This document shows, piece by piece, positions 55,790 through 64,000 of a stretch of 64,000 nt of DNA. The stretch lies in assembly GCA_021159365.1 (NCBI GenBank), contig JAGGRY010000043.1:6418-70417 (forward strand), read 5' to 3'. Position numbers and translations under genes: made by a program. Every line of letters starts with the position of its first letter. The stretch's first letter is position 1. The notes beneath the pieces were generated by a model. That model did not search any database. It saw nothing but the letters and a program-made list of their open reading frames with translations, and had not been told where the DNA came from. The stretch is from Nitrososphaerota archaeon. GTDB lineage: Archaea; Thermoproteota; Nitrososphaeria_A; Caldarchaeales; Wolframiiraptoraceae.

Positions 55790-57031
55790 TTGTCCGCACC
55801 AAAACCCTTGCCGAGACAACCTGAAGTCAACATAGGAACACTTGGCCATGTCGATAATGGTAAGAGCACGATCGTCCAAGCGATCACGGGAATCTGGCCC
55901 GCTAGGCACTCCGAGGAGCTTAAACGAGGAATAACGATTAGGATAGGTTATGCAGATGCAGCGATCTATAGATGTCCAAGCTGTGAGGAGCCCTTCAACT
56001 ACACGACTGAAGAGAAGTGTCCTAGATGCGGCTCGAAGACCGAGTTCGTTAGAGCGGTCTCATTCATAGATTGTCCAGGCCATCATTCGCTCATGGTGAC
56101 CATGCTCTCCGGAGCAGCTCTATTCGATGGAGCAATATTCGTCGCAGATGTTAGGCATAAGTTCCCACAACCTCAGGATAGAGAGCATCTACAAGCAGCC
56201 TTCATCATGGGCGTCAAGAACATGATCTTCGCCCAGAATAAGATTGATCTCGTGGATAAGGAGAGAGCCTTAGAGAACTATGAGGAGATAAAATCTTACA
56301 TCAAGGGGACGATAGTCGAGGATGCCCCGATAATCCCTATCTCAGGTCAACATGCGGTTGGAGTCGAGCCTCTTCTATGGGCCATGGAGAAATTTATCCC
56401 AACACCACCTCATGATTTGACGAAGCCGTTTAGAATGCCTATTCTGAGATCATTCGACGTGAATCCGCCTGGAACTCCTGGGGATAAGATTAGGGGTGGA
56501 GTAATCGGGGGAGCGATCATCCAAGGAGTTGTGAGAGTTGGAGATGAGATCGAGATAGCTCCAGGAGTCAAGGTCGAGGAAACCGGAAAATATGAGTCAT
56601 TGGTAACCGAGGTCGTCAATATTAGAGCTGGCGGGAGAAATGTTGAAGAGGCGAAAAGCGGAGGATTAACTGGGATAGAGACAAAGCTCGATCCAGCCTT
56701 AACGAAATCGGATGGCATGATCGGAAATATGGCTGGATCACCTGGAACGCTTCCACCTACAAGATATACGCTGAGCTTAGAGTATGATCTCTTTGAGTAT
56801 GTCGTGGGAGTTCAAGAGAGGATAAAGGTGAACCCAATAAGCGTTAAGGAGCCCTTGGTCTTAAACGTCTATTCAGCTGTAACGAGTGGAGTCGTGACCA
56901 AGAGGAGTGGAGATAGAATTGAGGTCGCCTTGAGGAGACCGGTCGTGGCCATGGATGGAGACAAGGTCTCGATATCTAGGATGATTGGATCCGCTTGGAG
57001 ATTGATAGGTTATGGGAGGATAGTGAGCTGA
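55790..57031 (+). CDS. eif2g: translation initiation factor aIF2 gamma
   Basis: NIGTLGHVDNGKSTIVQAITG, zinc knuckle CPSCEE..CPRCG, DCPGH and QNKIDL. TTG start. Confidence 0.9.
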   Translation: MSAPKPLPRQPEVNIGTLGHVDNGKSTIVQAITGIWPARHSEELKRGITIRIGYADAAIYRCPSCEEPFNYTTEEKCPRCGSKTEFVRAVSFIDCPGHHSLMVTMLSGAALFDGAIFVADVRHKFPQPQDREHLQAAFIMGVKNMIFAQNKIDLVDKERALENYEEIKSYIKGTIVEDAPIIPISGQHAVGVEPLLWAMEKFIPTPPHDLTKPFRMPILRSFDVNPPGTPGDKIRGGVIGGAIIQGVVRVGDEIEIAPGVKVEETGKYESLVTEVVNIRAGGRNVEEAKSGGLTGIETKLDPALTKSDGMIGNMAGSPGTLPPTRYTLSLEYDLFEYVVGVQERIKVNPISVKEPLVLNVYSAVTSGVVTKRSGDRIEVALRRPVVAMDGDKVSISRMIGSAWRLIGYGRIVS

Positions 57032-57040
57032 GAAAAATCC

Positions 57041-57433
57041 ATGAAAGTATTATTCGATACGAGCTTCCTAATGCTTTCAGCAGAACTTGGAAAAGACTTG
57101 ATAAGCTTGGCTGAAGATGCCGTCGGCGAAAAGATAGAGCCATACATTTTATCCGATAGTTTAGAAGAGCTTAAGGCGATCTCGAGACATACGGGGAAGA
57201 GAGCGTCTCTAGCGAAGGTGGCATTAAAGCTTGCCGAGAAGATGACATTAATCAAGCTTGATCTTGAGGAAGCTTTGGAGGTTGATGAAAAATTGCTGAG
57301 GGCATCGAGAATACATGGACTAGTCCTCGCAACCATAGATTCTAAATTGATGAAGAGGGCGAGGGAGATAGGGGTTCCTGTTCTCAGCGTTGGAAGAGGA
57401 CTTAAGATAAGGCTTGAGGGAATCGTTCCCTAA
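57041..57433 (+). CDS. PIN-domain protein (Fcf1/Utp24-like, COG1412 type)
   Basis: MKVLFDTSFLM...SDSLEELKAIS...LATIDSKLMKRA. It occupies the conserved archaeal position after aIF2 gamma. Confidence 0.7.
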   Translation: MKVLFDTSFLMLSAELGKDLISLAEDAVGEKIEPYILSDSLEELKAISRHTGKRASLAKVALKLAEKMTLIKLDLEEALEVDEKLLRASRIHGLVLATIDSKLMKRAREIGVPVLSVGRGLKIRLEGIVP

Positions 57434-57563
57434 ATCATGCTTTGAGTGAAGGAACGTTGTTCATCCTTTTATAGGGGGCTTCCCAAGAGCAATAAACATA
57501 TATTCTGCTAAGTGTTGATCATTTGGGCGTAAGAGTGCTTGATAGTGTTGGATGTGTTGGGTT

Positions 57564-58151
57564 ATGTTCAACCTTATAGAGGTTGAAGATACTATAGGAA
57601 TAGTTCCGAAAGATTTTGGGAAGCCCCTTAAACAGGTTGCTCTAGAAGAACTTAGAAGCCTCTATGAGGGAAAGATCGTGGAGGGGCTCGGATACGTAAT
57701 CATGGTCACCGATGTCGAGGTTGATCCGATGGGCATACTCCTCCCCAGGGATGGATCAACCTATCATAGGGTTAAGGCTAAGCTCCTAACCTTCCAGCCG
57801 AGAGTTCAGGAGGTTGGAGAGGGAGAGGTCGTGGAGATAACTGAGTTTGGAGCATTCATAAGAGTTGGACCATTAGACGCCTTACTCCATATCTCCCAAA
57901 TAATAGATGATTATATCACCTATGATGAGAGACACTCGATCCTAACCGGCAAGAAGACTGGGAAGAGGCTTGAAGTCGGAGATGACGTGAGATTCAGAGT
58001 GGTTGCGGTCTCATTAACCCATGGAACTGTTGGAAAAGTTGGAGTCACGACCAGACAACCATACCTCGGAAAGCTCGAATGGATCAAGGAGAGCTTGGAG
58101 AAGCTCAAGCCGGCTGAAGAAAAGGCGAAGGCGGTTGCCGGTGAAGGCTGA
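57564..58151 (+). CDS. rpo7: DNA-directed RNA polymerase subunit Rpo7 (E')
   Basis: MFNLIEVEDTIGIVPKDFG...LGYVIMVTDVEV, then an S1 domain GEVVEITEFGAFIRVGPLDALLHISQI. Confidence 0.9.
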   Translation: MFNLIEVEDTIGIVPKDFGKPLKQVALEELRSLYEGKIVEGLGYVIMVTDVEVDPMGILLPRDGSTYHRVKAKLLTFQPRVQEVGEGEVVEITEFGAFIRVGPLDALLHISQIIDDYITYDERHSILTGKKTGKRLEVGDDVRFRVVAVSLTHGTVGKVGVTTRQPYLGKLEWIKESLEKLKPAEEKAKAVAGEG

Positions 58152-58342
58152 TGCCTGCTAGAGAGAAGGCTTGCAGAGAATGTAAGTGGATTACGACTAA
58201 GAGCGTTTGCGAAAACTGCGGATCATCAAATCTAACCACAAACTTCGCTGGATTAATAATAGTTGTGGACCCTGAAGGATCTGAGATAGCGAAGGAGCTT
58301 GGATTGAGGAAGCCTGGAGCCTATGCAATCAGAGTCGCTTAG
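58151..58342 (+). CDS. spt4: transcription elongation factor Spt4 (RpoE'')
   Basis: KACRECKWITTKSVCENCGS...GLIIVVDPEGSEIAKELGLRKPGAYAIRV. Its ATG overlaps the rpo7 stop. Confidence 0.9.
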   Translation: MPAREKACRECKWITTKSVCENCGSSNLTTNFAGLIIVVDPEGSEIAKELGLRKPGAYAIRVA

Positions 58343-58880
58343 ATGGCCTCCCAAGAAGAAGATATTCTTCCCAGAAGAGGCTAGAAGAATTCTTAAGAGA
58401 CCCGCTGGGAAGCTGATCACAGGAGATCCCGATGATGTTGCGAGACGTGTGAATTCCATTATAGAGTTTGATGAGCCTAAGCTCGTCGTGGCGGTCGGAG
58501 ACTACACTTCAAAGAAACTTAGAGAAGTCGGCGCGAGGGTAAACCTCTACATAGTTGATGGAAGAGTGGAGAGAAGAGCCGCCGAATTATTCAAGCCTGA
58601 AAACCTAAAGGTGGTGAAGGTCGTTAATGAAGCTGGAACTTTAAACCCAGACGCCGTCAAAACATTACACAAACTCTTGAGGAGAAAAGAGTTGAAGAAC
58701 ACGGTTTTGATTGTTGATGGTGAAGAAGACTTATTGACTCTCGCCGCTATTTTATCTGCACCTGATCAAACGATCATCGTTTATGGTCAGCCTGGAAAAG
58801 GAAGCGTTGTCGTGAGAGTTGATGACCGCGTTAGAGATTTGGCTTTGAATATTCTTAAGCTCGCAAGATATGTGGATTGA
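58323..58880 (+). CDS. DUF359 family protein (GTP-dependent dephospho-CoA kinase type)
   Basis: LVVAVGDYTSKKL...LYIVDGRVERR...LIVDGEEDLLTLAAIL are DUF359 hallmarks. Conserved position after spt4. Confidence 0.75.
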   Translation: MQSESLRWPPKKKIFFPEEARRILKRPAGKLITGDPDDVARRVNSIIEFDEPKLVVAVGDYTSKKLREVGARVNLYIVDGRVERRAAELFKPENLKVVKVVNEAGTLNPDAVKTLHKLLRRKELKNTVLIVDGEEDLLTLAAILSAPDQTIIVYGQPGKGSVVVRVDDRVRDLALNILKLARYVD

Positions 58881-59051
58881 TCACTTTTTCTCGGTCTTGA
58901 ATTGCGTGTAGTGGCAGTGGCCGCAATAGTATCTGTCTCCGTGATCGGCCATTATGTATCCTTCACCGCATCTTGGACAAAAGATCACGTTTTTAACTAT
59001 CTTACCGTCTTGAACCTTGTATTTCTTCCAAAGCTGAGCTTGCTTACCCAG
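58881..59051 (-). CDS. rps27ae: 30S ribosomal protein S27ae (eS31), apparent non-canonical CTG start
   Basis: My translation: (CTG)[55 protein letters not shown]. It matches archaeal S27ae from its second residue. There is no in-frame ATG/GTG/TTG before the conserved N-terminal strand. GGAGGTGA lies 6 nt upstream of the CTG. Confidence 0.75.
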   Translation of the reverse strand: MGKQAQLWKKYKVQDGKIVKNVIFCPRCGEGYIMADHGDRYYCGHCHYTQFKTEKK

Positions 59052-59343
59052 TCTTCTTCACCTCCTCCAATAATCCATGCCTTCTTAGGATGTGTTTTCT
59101 CTCAATTCTCTTAGCATCTTCAACCGTGTCATAGATGTGTATGTGGGCCTTCGCCTTTAATGTCCCGAACATGGATTCGAGCTTCTCAACTATCACTCTC
59201 TCGATTTCAACTCCATACTTCTCGGCGATGAGCTTCCTAACTTCATCTCTCCTAGGCGTTCCTGATTCATAGGATATTATCAAATCGAGTTCCCGCCTAT
59301 TCAACAACTTATTCATCCAATCTCTCCTAACCTCTATGTTCAA
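59044..59343 (-). CDS. rps24e: 30S ribosomal protein S24e
   Basis: [42 protein letters not shown]...[15 protein letters not shown]. Its TTG start overlaps the S6e stop (TTGA). Confidence 0.9.
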   Translation of the reverse strand: MNIEVRRDWMNKLLNRRELDLIISYESGTPRRDEVRKLIAEKYGVEIERVIVEKLESMFGTLKAKAHIHIYDTVEDAKRIERKHILRRHGLLEEVKKTG

Positions 59344-59771
59344 GCAACCACCTCCTCCTTCTCCTTCTTAACTGGAACTAGAACCGCGTTTATCTGGACT
59401 ATCTCCGGGCTTATTACGTTGCCTCTAACCATCTTCCTCCTCCTCAAGCCCTTCTTTCTCCTAAGCTGTCTACGCTTCTTTTTCTTGGATGGAGGCTTCT
59501 CCTTTGGATGAAATCCAACTCCACCGGATAACAGTATTCTAACTCTTCTGGGTCCACCTACATCCGGCCTCATGGGAAATCCGTCTTTATCCGTTCCACC
59601 AGTTATCCTGATCCTATAACCTTTCAAACCTATGACGGATCCATCTAACTCGTCTCCAATCTTCTTTCCAACAAATAGGGAGAATACTCTTGGATCTAGG
59701 GTTATGGTTTTGGCGGTTCCATCCTCCGGATTCGATAAGACCAGTCTCGGGCCACCGGCTTTCTCCGACAT
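59340..59771 (-). CDS. rps6e: 30S ribosomal protein S6e
   Basis: [17 protein letters not shown]...[32 protein letters not shown]. Confidence 0.9.
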   Translation of the reverse strand: MSEKAGGPRLVLSNPEDGTAKTITLDPRVFSLFVGKKIGDELDGSVIGLKGYRIRITGGTDKDGFPMRPDVGGPRRVRILLSGGVGFHPKEKPPSKKKKRRQLRRKKGLRRRKMVRGNVISPEIVQINAVLVPVKKEKEEVVA

Positions 59772-59835
59772 CTTCGCAAAAGATCTTAAAATGCCACTAT
59801 AAATAACCTAAGTAATCCCATACTTATATAGACGA

Positions 59836-61620
59836 TTATCTAGCCCAAAGCGGGTTCTGCGCTCTCTTAATCTTCACAATCTCCTCTAAGACTTGCTTCG
59901 ACTCTTCATCCAACATGTCATTATACTCTTTGAGGAGGAGCCTTGCATCGTTCTCCGGTATCGCGACGTAGAGGGTTTCTCCTTCATGGATATGTCTTCC
60001 CATCACCGGTTCTCTCATCGAGATCGCAACCTTCATTCCACTCTTTGCCTCAGATATGCTTTGACCTCTGTCCTGGATCTGAGCTATCGTTCCCACGATC
60101 TTTCCCTTCGAGTTCATCATGGAGTATTTTGGCTTCACTATTCCGCCTAATACCTCGATCCCGAAGATCGCCGGCTTACTCCTTCTGAAAACGTATCCTT
60201 CGAGGACTTTTATCTTCCCAGGTTTGATCAAGGATTCGAACGCTCTGAGCTTCCTCCTAGTCGTTTCTTCTCTAACCCAATCCAAGTATTCCTCGACGAT
60301 CTTGAATAGGACTGGGCCCTTAAACACTCTTATGCCTCTATTGTTCGCATCTATTTCGAGTTGATGCGAGATCTTCACGTTGAATGCGAGGATCACTCCC
60401 TTAAACTCGTCCTTCGATCTAACTATCTCCGCCTCCACCACATCCCTCTTACTCACATCACCTATTCCAGCTCTTCTAACGGGTATTCCACGCTCCCTCA
60501 GGAATAGGATCGCGGCTTCAAGAGTCCCAAGCGTATCTGCCTTGAGAACCACTCCAACCTTATCCGTGCTCAGTAGGATTTCTCCAACATCACTTCTGAC
60601 TTTTTCAAGGATTTCTTGTTCTTGTTTCGGTGATGGAATCACGTAGAGCGGTGATCCTGCTATGGCCTTACTCAAGCCCTCTGCAACTATCTTGACTCCA
60701 ACCGCTGCCTCGACAGAATCCACTCGCTTGAACTTGTCTCTTGGATCTCTCATCTCGTCAAGTGGTTTCGGCATGAGCAGCGCTCTAACTTTTGTGGTGA
60801 ATGGACCGTCGAATCCCATTAAAGCTATTCTATCTCCGACCCTGAGTATTCCATCATTGATTATTGCATTTATTGTGGTTCCAATTCCCTCTTCTTCGAG
60901 AACTTCTAAGACCGCTCCTTCAGCCGGCCCTTCATGCAGGGTTAGCTGCTCCTTCATGAATGCTTGAGCTAATCCTAGGAGGACTAGGAGGAGGTCTGGG
61001 ACTCCTTCACCGGTTTTCCCGCTCACTGGAACTATCGCCAGGGTTCTCGTGAAGTCCTTGATCCTAGAGTAGAGATCTGCCTTGAAGCCGTAGAATGAGA
61101 GATCTCCTATCAGGCTATAGATTCTGTTCTCCAGATCTTCTTGAACAGATCTTGATTGCGCTTGGAAGGTCTTCGGGAATGGGGCGAGTTCCTGAGGCTT
61201 CCAGCCCGGGATTAAGTCGATCTTATTCGCGGCGATTATGAATGGAGTCTTTCTGGCCTTCAATAATTGGATACTCTCTCTAGTCTGCTCCTGAACGCCT
61301 TTCATGACATCTATCACGAGGATTGCGAGATCCGCGAGTGATCCTCCTCTCCTCCTGAGATTCGCGAACGCCGCGTGGCCAGGAGTATCTATGAAGAGTA
61401 GTCCAGGTATCTCAAGCTTCTTGATCTTAATCTCCCCTAGAAGAGATCTACAGGTCTCGACGACCGCGTCGAGCGGGAAGAGGCTTGCGCCGATATGCTG
61501 GGTCATCCCTCCGGCTTCTCTAGCGGCGACCAGGGTTCCCCTCATTCGGTCGAGTAATGTTGTCTTGCCATGATCGACGTGGCCTAGGACCGCTACTATT
61601 GGGGATCTAAGCTTGGACAA
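59836..61620 (-). CDS. infB: translation initiation factor aIF5B (IF-2)
   Basis: LRSPIVAVLGHVDHGKTTLLD, DTPGH, NKIDL, and domain II-IV architecture. 594 aa, no intein. Confidence 0.95.
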   Translation of the reverse strand: MSKLRSPIVAVLGHVDHGKTTLLDRMRGTLVAAREAGGMTQHIGASLFPLDAVVETCRSLLGEIKIKKLEIPGLLFIDTPGHAAFANLRRRGGSLADLAILVIDVMKGVQEQTRESIQLLKARKTPFIIAANKIDLIPGWKPQELAPFPKTFQAQSRSVQEDLENRIYSLIGDLSFYGFKADLYSRIKDFTRTLAIVPVSGKTGEGVPDLLLVLLGLAQAFMKEQLTLHEGPAEGAVLEVLEEEGIGTTINAIINDGILRVGDRIALMGFDGPFTTKVRALLMPKPLDEMRDPRDKFKRVDSVEAAVGVKIVAEGLSKAIAGSPLYVIPSPKQEQEILEKVRSDVGEILLSTDKVGVVLKADTLGTLEAAILFLRERGIPVRRAGIGDVSKRDVVEAEIVRSKDEFKGVILAFNVKISHQLEIDANNRGIRVFKGPVLFKIVEEYLDWVREETTRRKLRAFESLIKPGKIKVLEGYVFRRSKPAIFGIEVLGGIVKPKYSMMNSKGKIVGTIAQIQDRGQSISEAKSGMKVAISMREPVMGRHIHEGETLYVAIPENDARLLLKEYNDMLDEESKQVLEEIVKIKRAQNPLWAR

Positions 61621-61676
61621 GGTTTTTCGCCACTATCAAGTCTCTCTAGATCACTTTAAAACCTATTTCTCCCCCT

Positions 61677-62453
61677 TTATGAAAGGTATAGGATTGGGGT
61701 TCCGTTATAATGGGGATCTGGACCCAGCTCTTCTTTAACTTGGTTGAACGCTTCTCGGATTGAGAGGTTTTCAGCATATATTTTTCGGAGGAGTTTTATG
61801 GTGAACGTGTCTCCATATGTCGGCGAGATCTCCCCCTTGAATCCTATGTATGCTTTTGCTCCTCGCTTGAAGAATGCCATGGCCATCACCTCATCATCTC
61901 CTGTAAAGCATGACATGGCTATGACTATGGCTTTCTTGAATCTTCCATGGAGCTTATCGATTATGTAATGGGGTGGGGCGACGCAGTAGGTTTCATTCGA
62001 GAAGAATGGTCTTCCGAGGAGAAGATATCCCGCCTCGACCTCCCTTTTATGGGATTCTGGGCCACATCTCTCTATGAAGAGCCCCCCGCCTATGAATAGT
62101 CCTATCGGCTGCCTTATCCTGCCACCATGAACCCTGAAGATTATGAGCCCATAATCTTTTGATGGAAGTTCTTTTAGGAGGTTTAGGGTCGTGTTTTCTG
62201 GGCCATAGACGTCTACCGTGAATCCAGCTTGCTCCAGGATCTTCTTCGCGGACTCTATGAACGTCTTATTCGGGTAGTCTATTGATAGGCCGTCTAGGAT
62301 TGCGGCTTTTTTGGGAATTTCTTCTCCCGGTCCTTGGCTTAGATAGGCTGTGAATGAGATCAGGGCTATCGCTATGATTAGGATTAGTAGGATCCATGGC
62401 CATCTCCGCTTCCTTTTAGAGAAGTAGATCCCCTTCCTTCGACGAGACACCAT
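61677..62453 (-). CDS. membrane-anchored hypothetical protein with clan-CD-like (caspase/legumain/gingipain-type) His-Gly...Cys arrangement
   Basis: N-terminal TM anchor. Hydrophobic strand + HG (GLIIFRVHGG) and hydrophobic strand + SC (AIVIAMSCFTG). The family assignment is tentative. Confidence 0.35.
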   Translation of the reverse strand: MVSRRRKGIYFSKRKRRWPWILLILIIAIALISFTAYLSQGPGEEIPKKAAILDGLSIDYPNKTFIESAKKILEQAGFTVDVYGPENTTLNLLKELPSKDYGLIIFRVHGGRIRQPIGLFIGGGLFIERCGPESHKREVEAGYLLLGRPFFSNETYCVAPPHYIIDKLHGRFKKAIVIAMSCFTGDDEVMAMAFFKRGAKAYIGFKGEISPTYGDTFTIKLLRKIYAENLSIREAFNQVKEELGPDPHYNGTPILYLS

Positions 62454-62741
62454 TCATCTATGGATTTGGGTCGGCTTCTATAAACACTTTTATACGCTAT
62501 CGGATCAATATTTTGTCGAGTTCAGAGGGATTTGAGTGAAGAAAATCTTATCATCAGTTTTTATTCTTCTCTTCCCTTCAGCTCTCTCATTATTTCTGGT
62601 CCCGCCCAAACAATTCTCTGGGAGCAAATGACCCTGGCCGTGGTCTCGTTGGCCTCGATCCTGACGATGCTCGTGACGACAGTTACATGAAGAGATAAGG
62701 GAGAGCAAATTCATTGAAGACTTCATTCAAGCCTTAAAAAC

Positions 62742-63752
62742 CTAGTGATCACTCCAAGATATGTCCGGCCTAGGTTTAATGCTTGGAGGCTTATAGTATG
62801 GCTCCCTAAGATAGACCGCTTTCAAGAACAGCTTCTCCAATTCTTCATCACTTGCCCCAGACCTCATCGCATTCAAGAAATCAACATGATTATCATTTCT
62901 CATTAAGCATGGCTTAAACTTCCCATCATGGGTTATCCTAATCCTATTATCATTCATGCAGAAGACATAGTTGTTAACAGGTCTAACGAATTCAACCCAA
63001 ACTCCATTTGGCAAAAGGTATTGATGTCTTAGATGAAGTCTCCTAATAATCTTCTTGACGGCGATCTCGCTGAACCTCTCCTCAACCTCTCCAAGATCAT
63101 AATGATATCTCTCATAAAATTCACCCTTAAATGGTCCAAGAGGTATGAGCTCGATGAGCTGTAAGATCACCTTCCCCGAAGAATCTAGCTTCTCAATAAA
63201 TGAGACGAAATTATCTATCTCATCGTCATTAACATCTCTCATCACAACGACGTTCAGCTTTATGGGATTCAATCCAGCATCAAGCGAAGCCTTAATCGCC
63301 TCCAAAGTATACCGATAGACTTTTTCGCCAACATCCTCCCTATGCCCAGTTATCCAACAGTATCTCTTCGGGTTTAAAGAGTGAAGACTTATGTTCACCC
63401 TCTTCAAGCCTTTCTCTCTAAGCTCTGAGGCAAGTTCAGGTATCCTGGTCCCATTCGTAGTCATGGAAAGATCTCTTAAACCAAGTCTCCCAAGCCTCTC
63501 AACTATCTCAAGTATATCAGATCTAAGCATGGGTTCTCCGCCCGTGAGCTTGACGGAATCTATTCCAAATCTCATCAATATCCTAACTATTCTCTCAATC
63601 TCATCAGGAGTCATGATGACTTCCGGGTTTTCATGAATTCCCTCGTGATGACAAAATATACAGTTGAAGTTGCATCTACTGCTCGGCATAACCGAGATCC
63701 TAACGCCCTTAACCGGTCTACCATATCTATCGACTAAGGTCATCTTCACCAA
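62742..63752 (-). CDS. moaA: GTP 3',8-cyclase MoaA (radical SAM, molybdenum cofactor biosynthesis)
   Basis: Radical SAM CNFNCIFCH cluster motif, KLTGGEP, NISLHSL, and a C-terminal Cys motif FCMNDNRIRITHDGKFKPCL. Confidence 0.85.
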   Translation of the reverse strand: MVKMTLVDRYGRPVKGVRISVMPSSRCNFNCIFCHHEGIHENPEVIMTPDEIERIVRILMRFGIDSVKLTGGEPMLRSDILEIVERLGRLGLRDLSMTTNGTRIPELASELREKGLKRVNISLHSLNPKRYCWITGHREDVGEKVYRYTLEAIKASLDAGLNPIKLNVVVMRDVNDDEIDNFVSFIEKLDSSGKVILQLIELIPLGPFKGEFYERYHYDLGEVEERFSEIAVKKIIRRLHLRHQYLLPNGVWVEFVRPVNNYVFCMNDNRIRITHDGKFKPCLMRNDNHVDFLNAMRSGASDEELEKLFLKAVYLREPYYKPPSIKPRPDISWSDH

Positions 63753-64000
63753 GACTATCGGATTACCTAAGAATTAAATATTTCACCTTAAAATTTTGAA
63801 AACATCATGGACATCGAGCATGATGAGCCGCAAGGAAGCTGAAAATTTTAGCGATCCTCTAATTTCTTCCCGTGTTAAAACTCATCGTGTCTTATTGAAT
63901 TATTTTTCATTAATGAAAGCCATGGAAATCGTGAAATTTCGATAAGATCTACTCCCTAAGTGATGGCGGTGAAGACTACTCTAGATCGATCTCTTAACGA

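Noticed and set aside
55790-57031. aIF2-gamma G1 motif reads GHVDNGKS rather than the more usual GHVDHGKT.
   Set aside because: It still fits the GxxxxGK[ST] P-loop consensus, and all other G motifs and the zinc knuckle are intact. I treat it as a conservative lineage variant.
58902-59114. 70-aa + strand ORF listed in the track.
   Set aside because: The opposite strand encodes unmistakable S27ae and the end of S24e, so the + strand ORF is a shadow.
62454-62741. 290-nt spacer with a 73-aa minus-strand ORF (62505-62726) and a GC-richer patch encoding a 20-aa hydrophobic + strand micro-ORF (MTLAVVSLASILTMLVTTVT, about 62627-62689).
   Set aside because: The 73-aa ORF has odd composition (His/Arg/Gln/Cys-rich) and no motifs. 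The micro-ORF has no visible promoter or SD. I recognised no RNA family.
63820-63842. C/D-box-sRNA-like half: ATGATGA, exactly 12 nt, then CTGA, in the spacer upstream of moaA.
   Set aside because: No C' box (UGAUGA-like) or terminal D box (CUGA) follows within the expected 25-35 nt, and there are no terminal complementary ends. It also overlaps a possible 47-aa ORF starting ATGATG. Evidence is insufficient.
1-64000. I searched by eye for CRISPR arrays, rRNA genes, transposases, integrases and long terminal or inverted repeats.
   Set aside because: I saw no regularly spaced direct repeats, no rRNA-like sequence and no recombinase-like ORF. The only repeats are short promoter or leader repeats and low-complexity coding tracts.

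Overview
This is a compact archaeal chromosomal segment with about 78 supportable genes. Convergent genes often overlap at their 3' ends, and operon genes are often joined by ATGA/TTGA start-stop overlaps. I saw no rRNA, CRISPR array, transposase or integrase. Gene content and a doubly intron-interrupted tRNA fit a TACK-type hyperthermophile (Korarchaeota- or Thermoprotei-like), but I cannot name the species from sequence alone. All calls rest on motifs I recognise in the translated ORFs; no database search was run.

Most of the window is information-processing core:
- DNA replication and repair: DNA ligase (5' partial), FEN1 and endonuclease IV.
- Ribosomal protein genes: secE-spt5-L11-L1-P0, with P1 displaced. 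L35Ae, L7Ae, S28e, L24e, S27ae, S24e and S6e are also present.
- Translation factors and aminoacyl-tRNA synthetases: EF-1beta, aIF2gamma and aIF5B, plus AsnRS, AlaRS and GluRS.
- Transcription: Rpo7, Spt4 and Rpo12.
- Other RNA- and protein-handling genes: HflX, NAC, RtcB, Trm5 and two CDC48 paralogs.

Metabolic genes are gcvPA-gcvPB-gcvT, thiW/thiDN, type-2 IPP isomerase, geranylgeranyl reductase, ndk, DUF359 dephospho-CoA kinase and moaA. The only accessory-looking stretch is about 52.7-55.6 kb: an ICMT-like methyltransferase, an atypical CDF-like protein, a 420-nt spacer with no convincing gene, and vapBC.

The most interesting items:
1. A threonine-synthase-fold protein whose PLP-binding lysine codon reads Leu. 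It carries a C-terminal PadR-type wHTH and is divergently paired with an ECF-S-like membrane protein across a spacer holding a perfect 14-nt palindrome.
2. An ArsR-wHTH + ATP-cone + degenerate NrdD-like protein, a possible archaeal NrdR analogue.
3. tRNA-Gln(UUG) with two introns.
4. An S27ae gene with no canonical in-frame start, but a CTG placed 6 nt after a perfect GGAGGTGA.
5. Extreme basic and acidic low-complexity small proteins.
6. A P0 stalk protein lacking the conserved tail.
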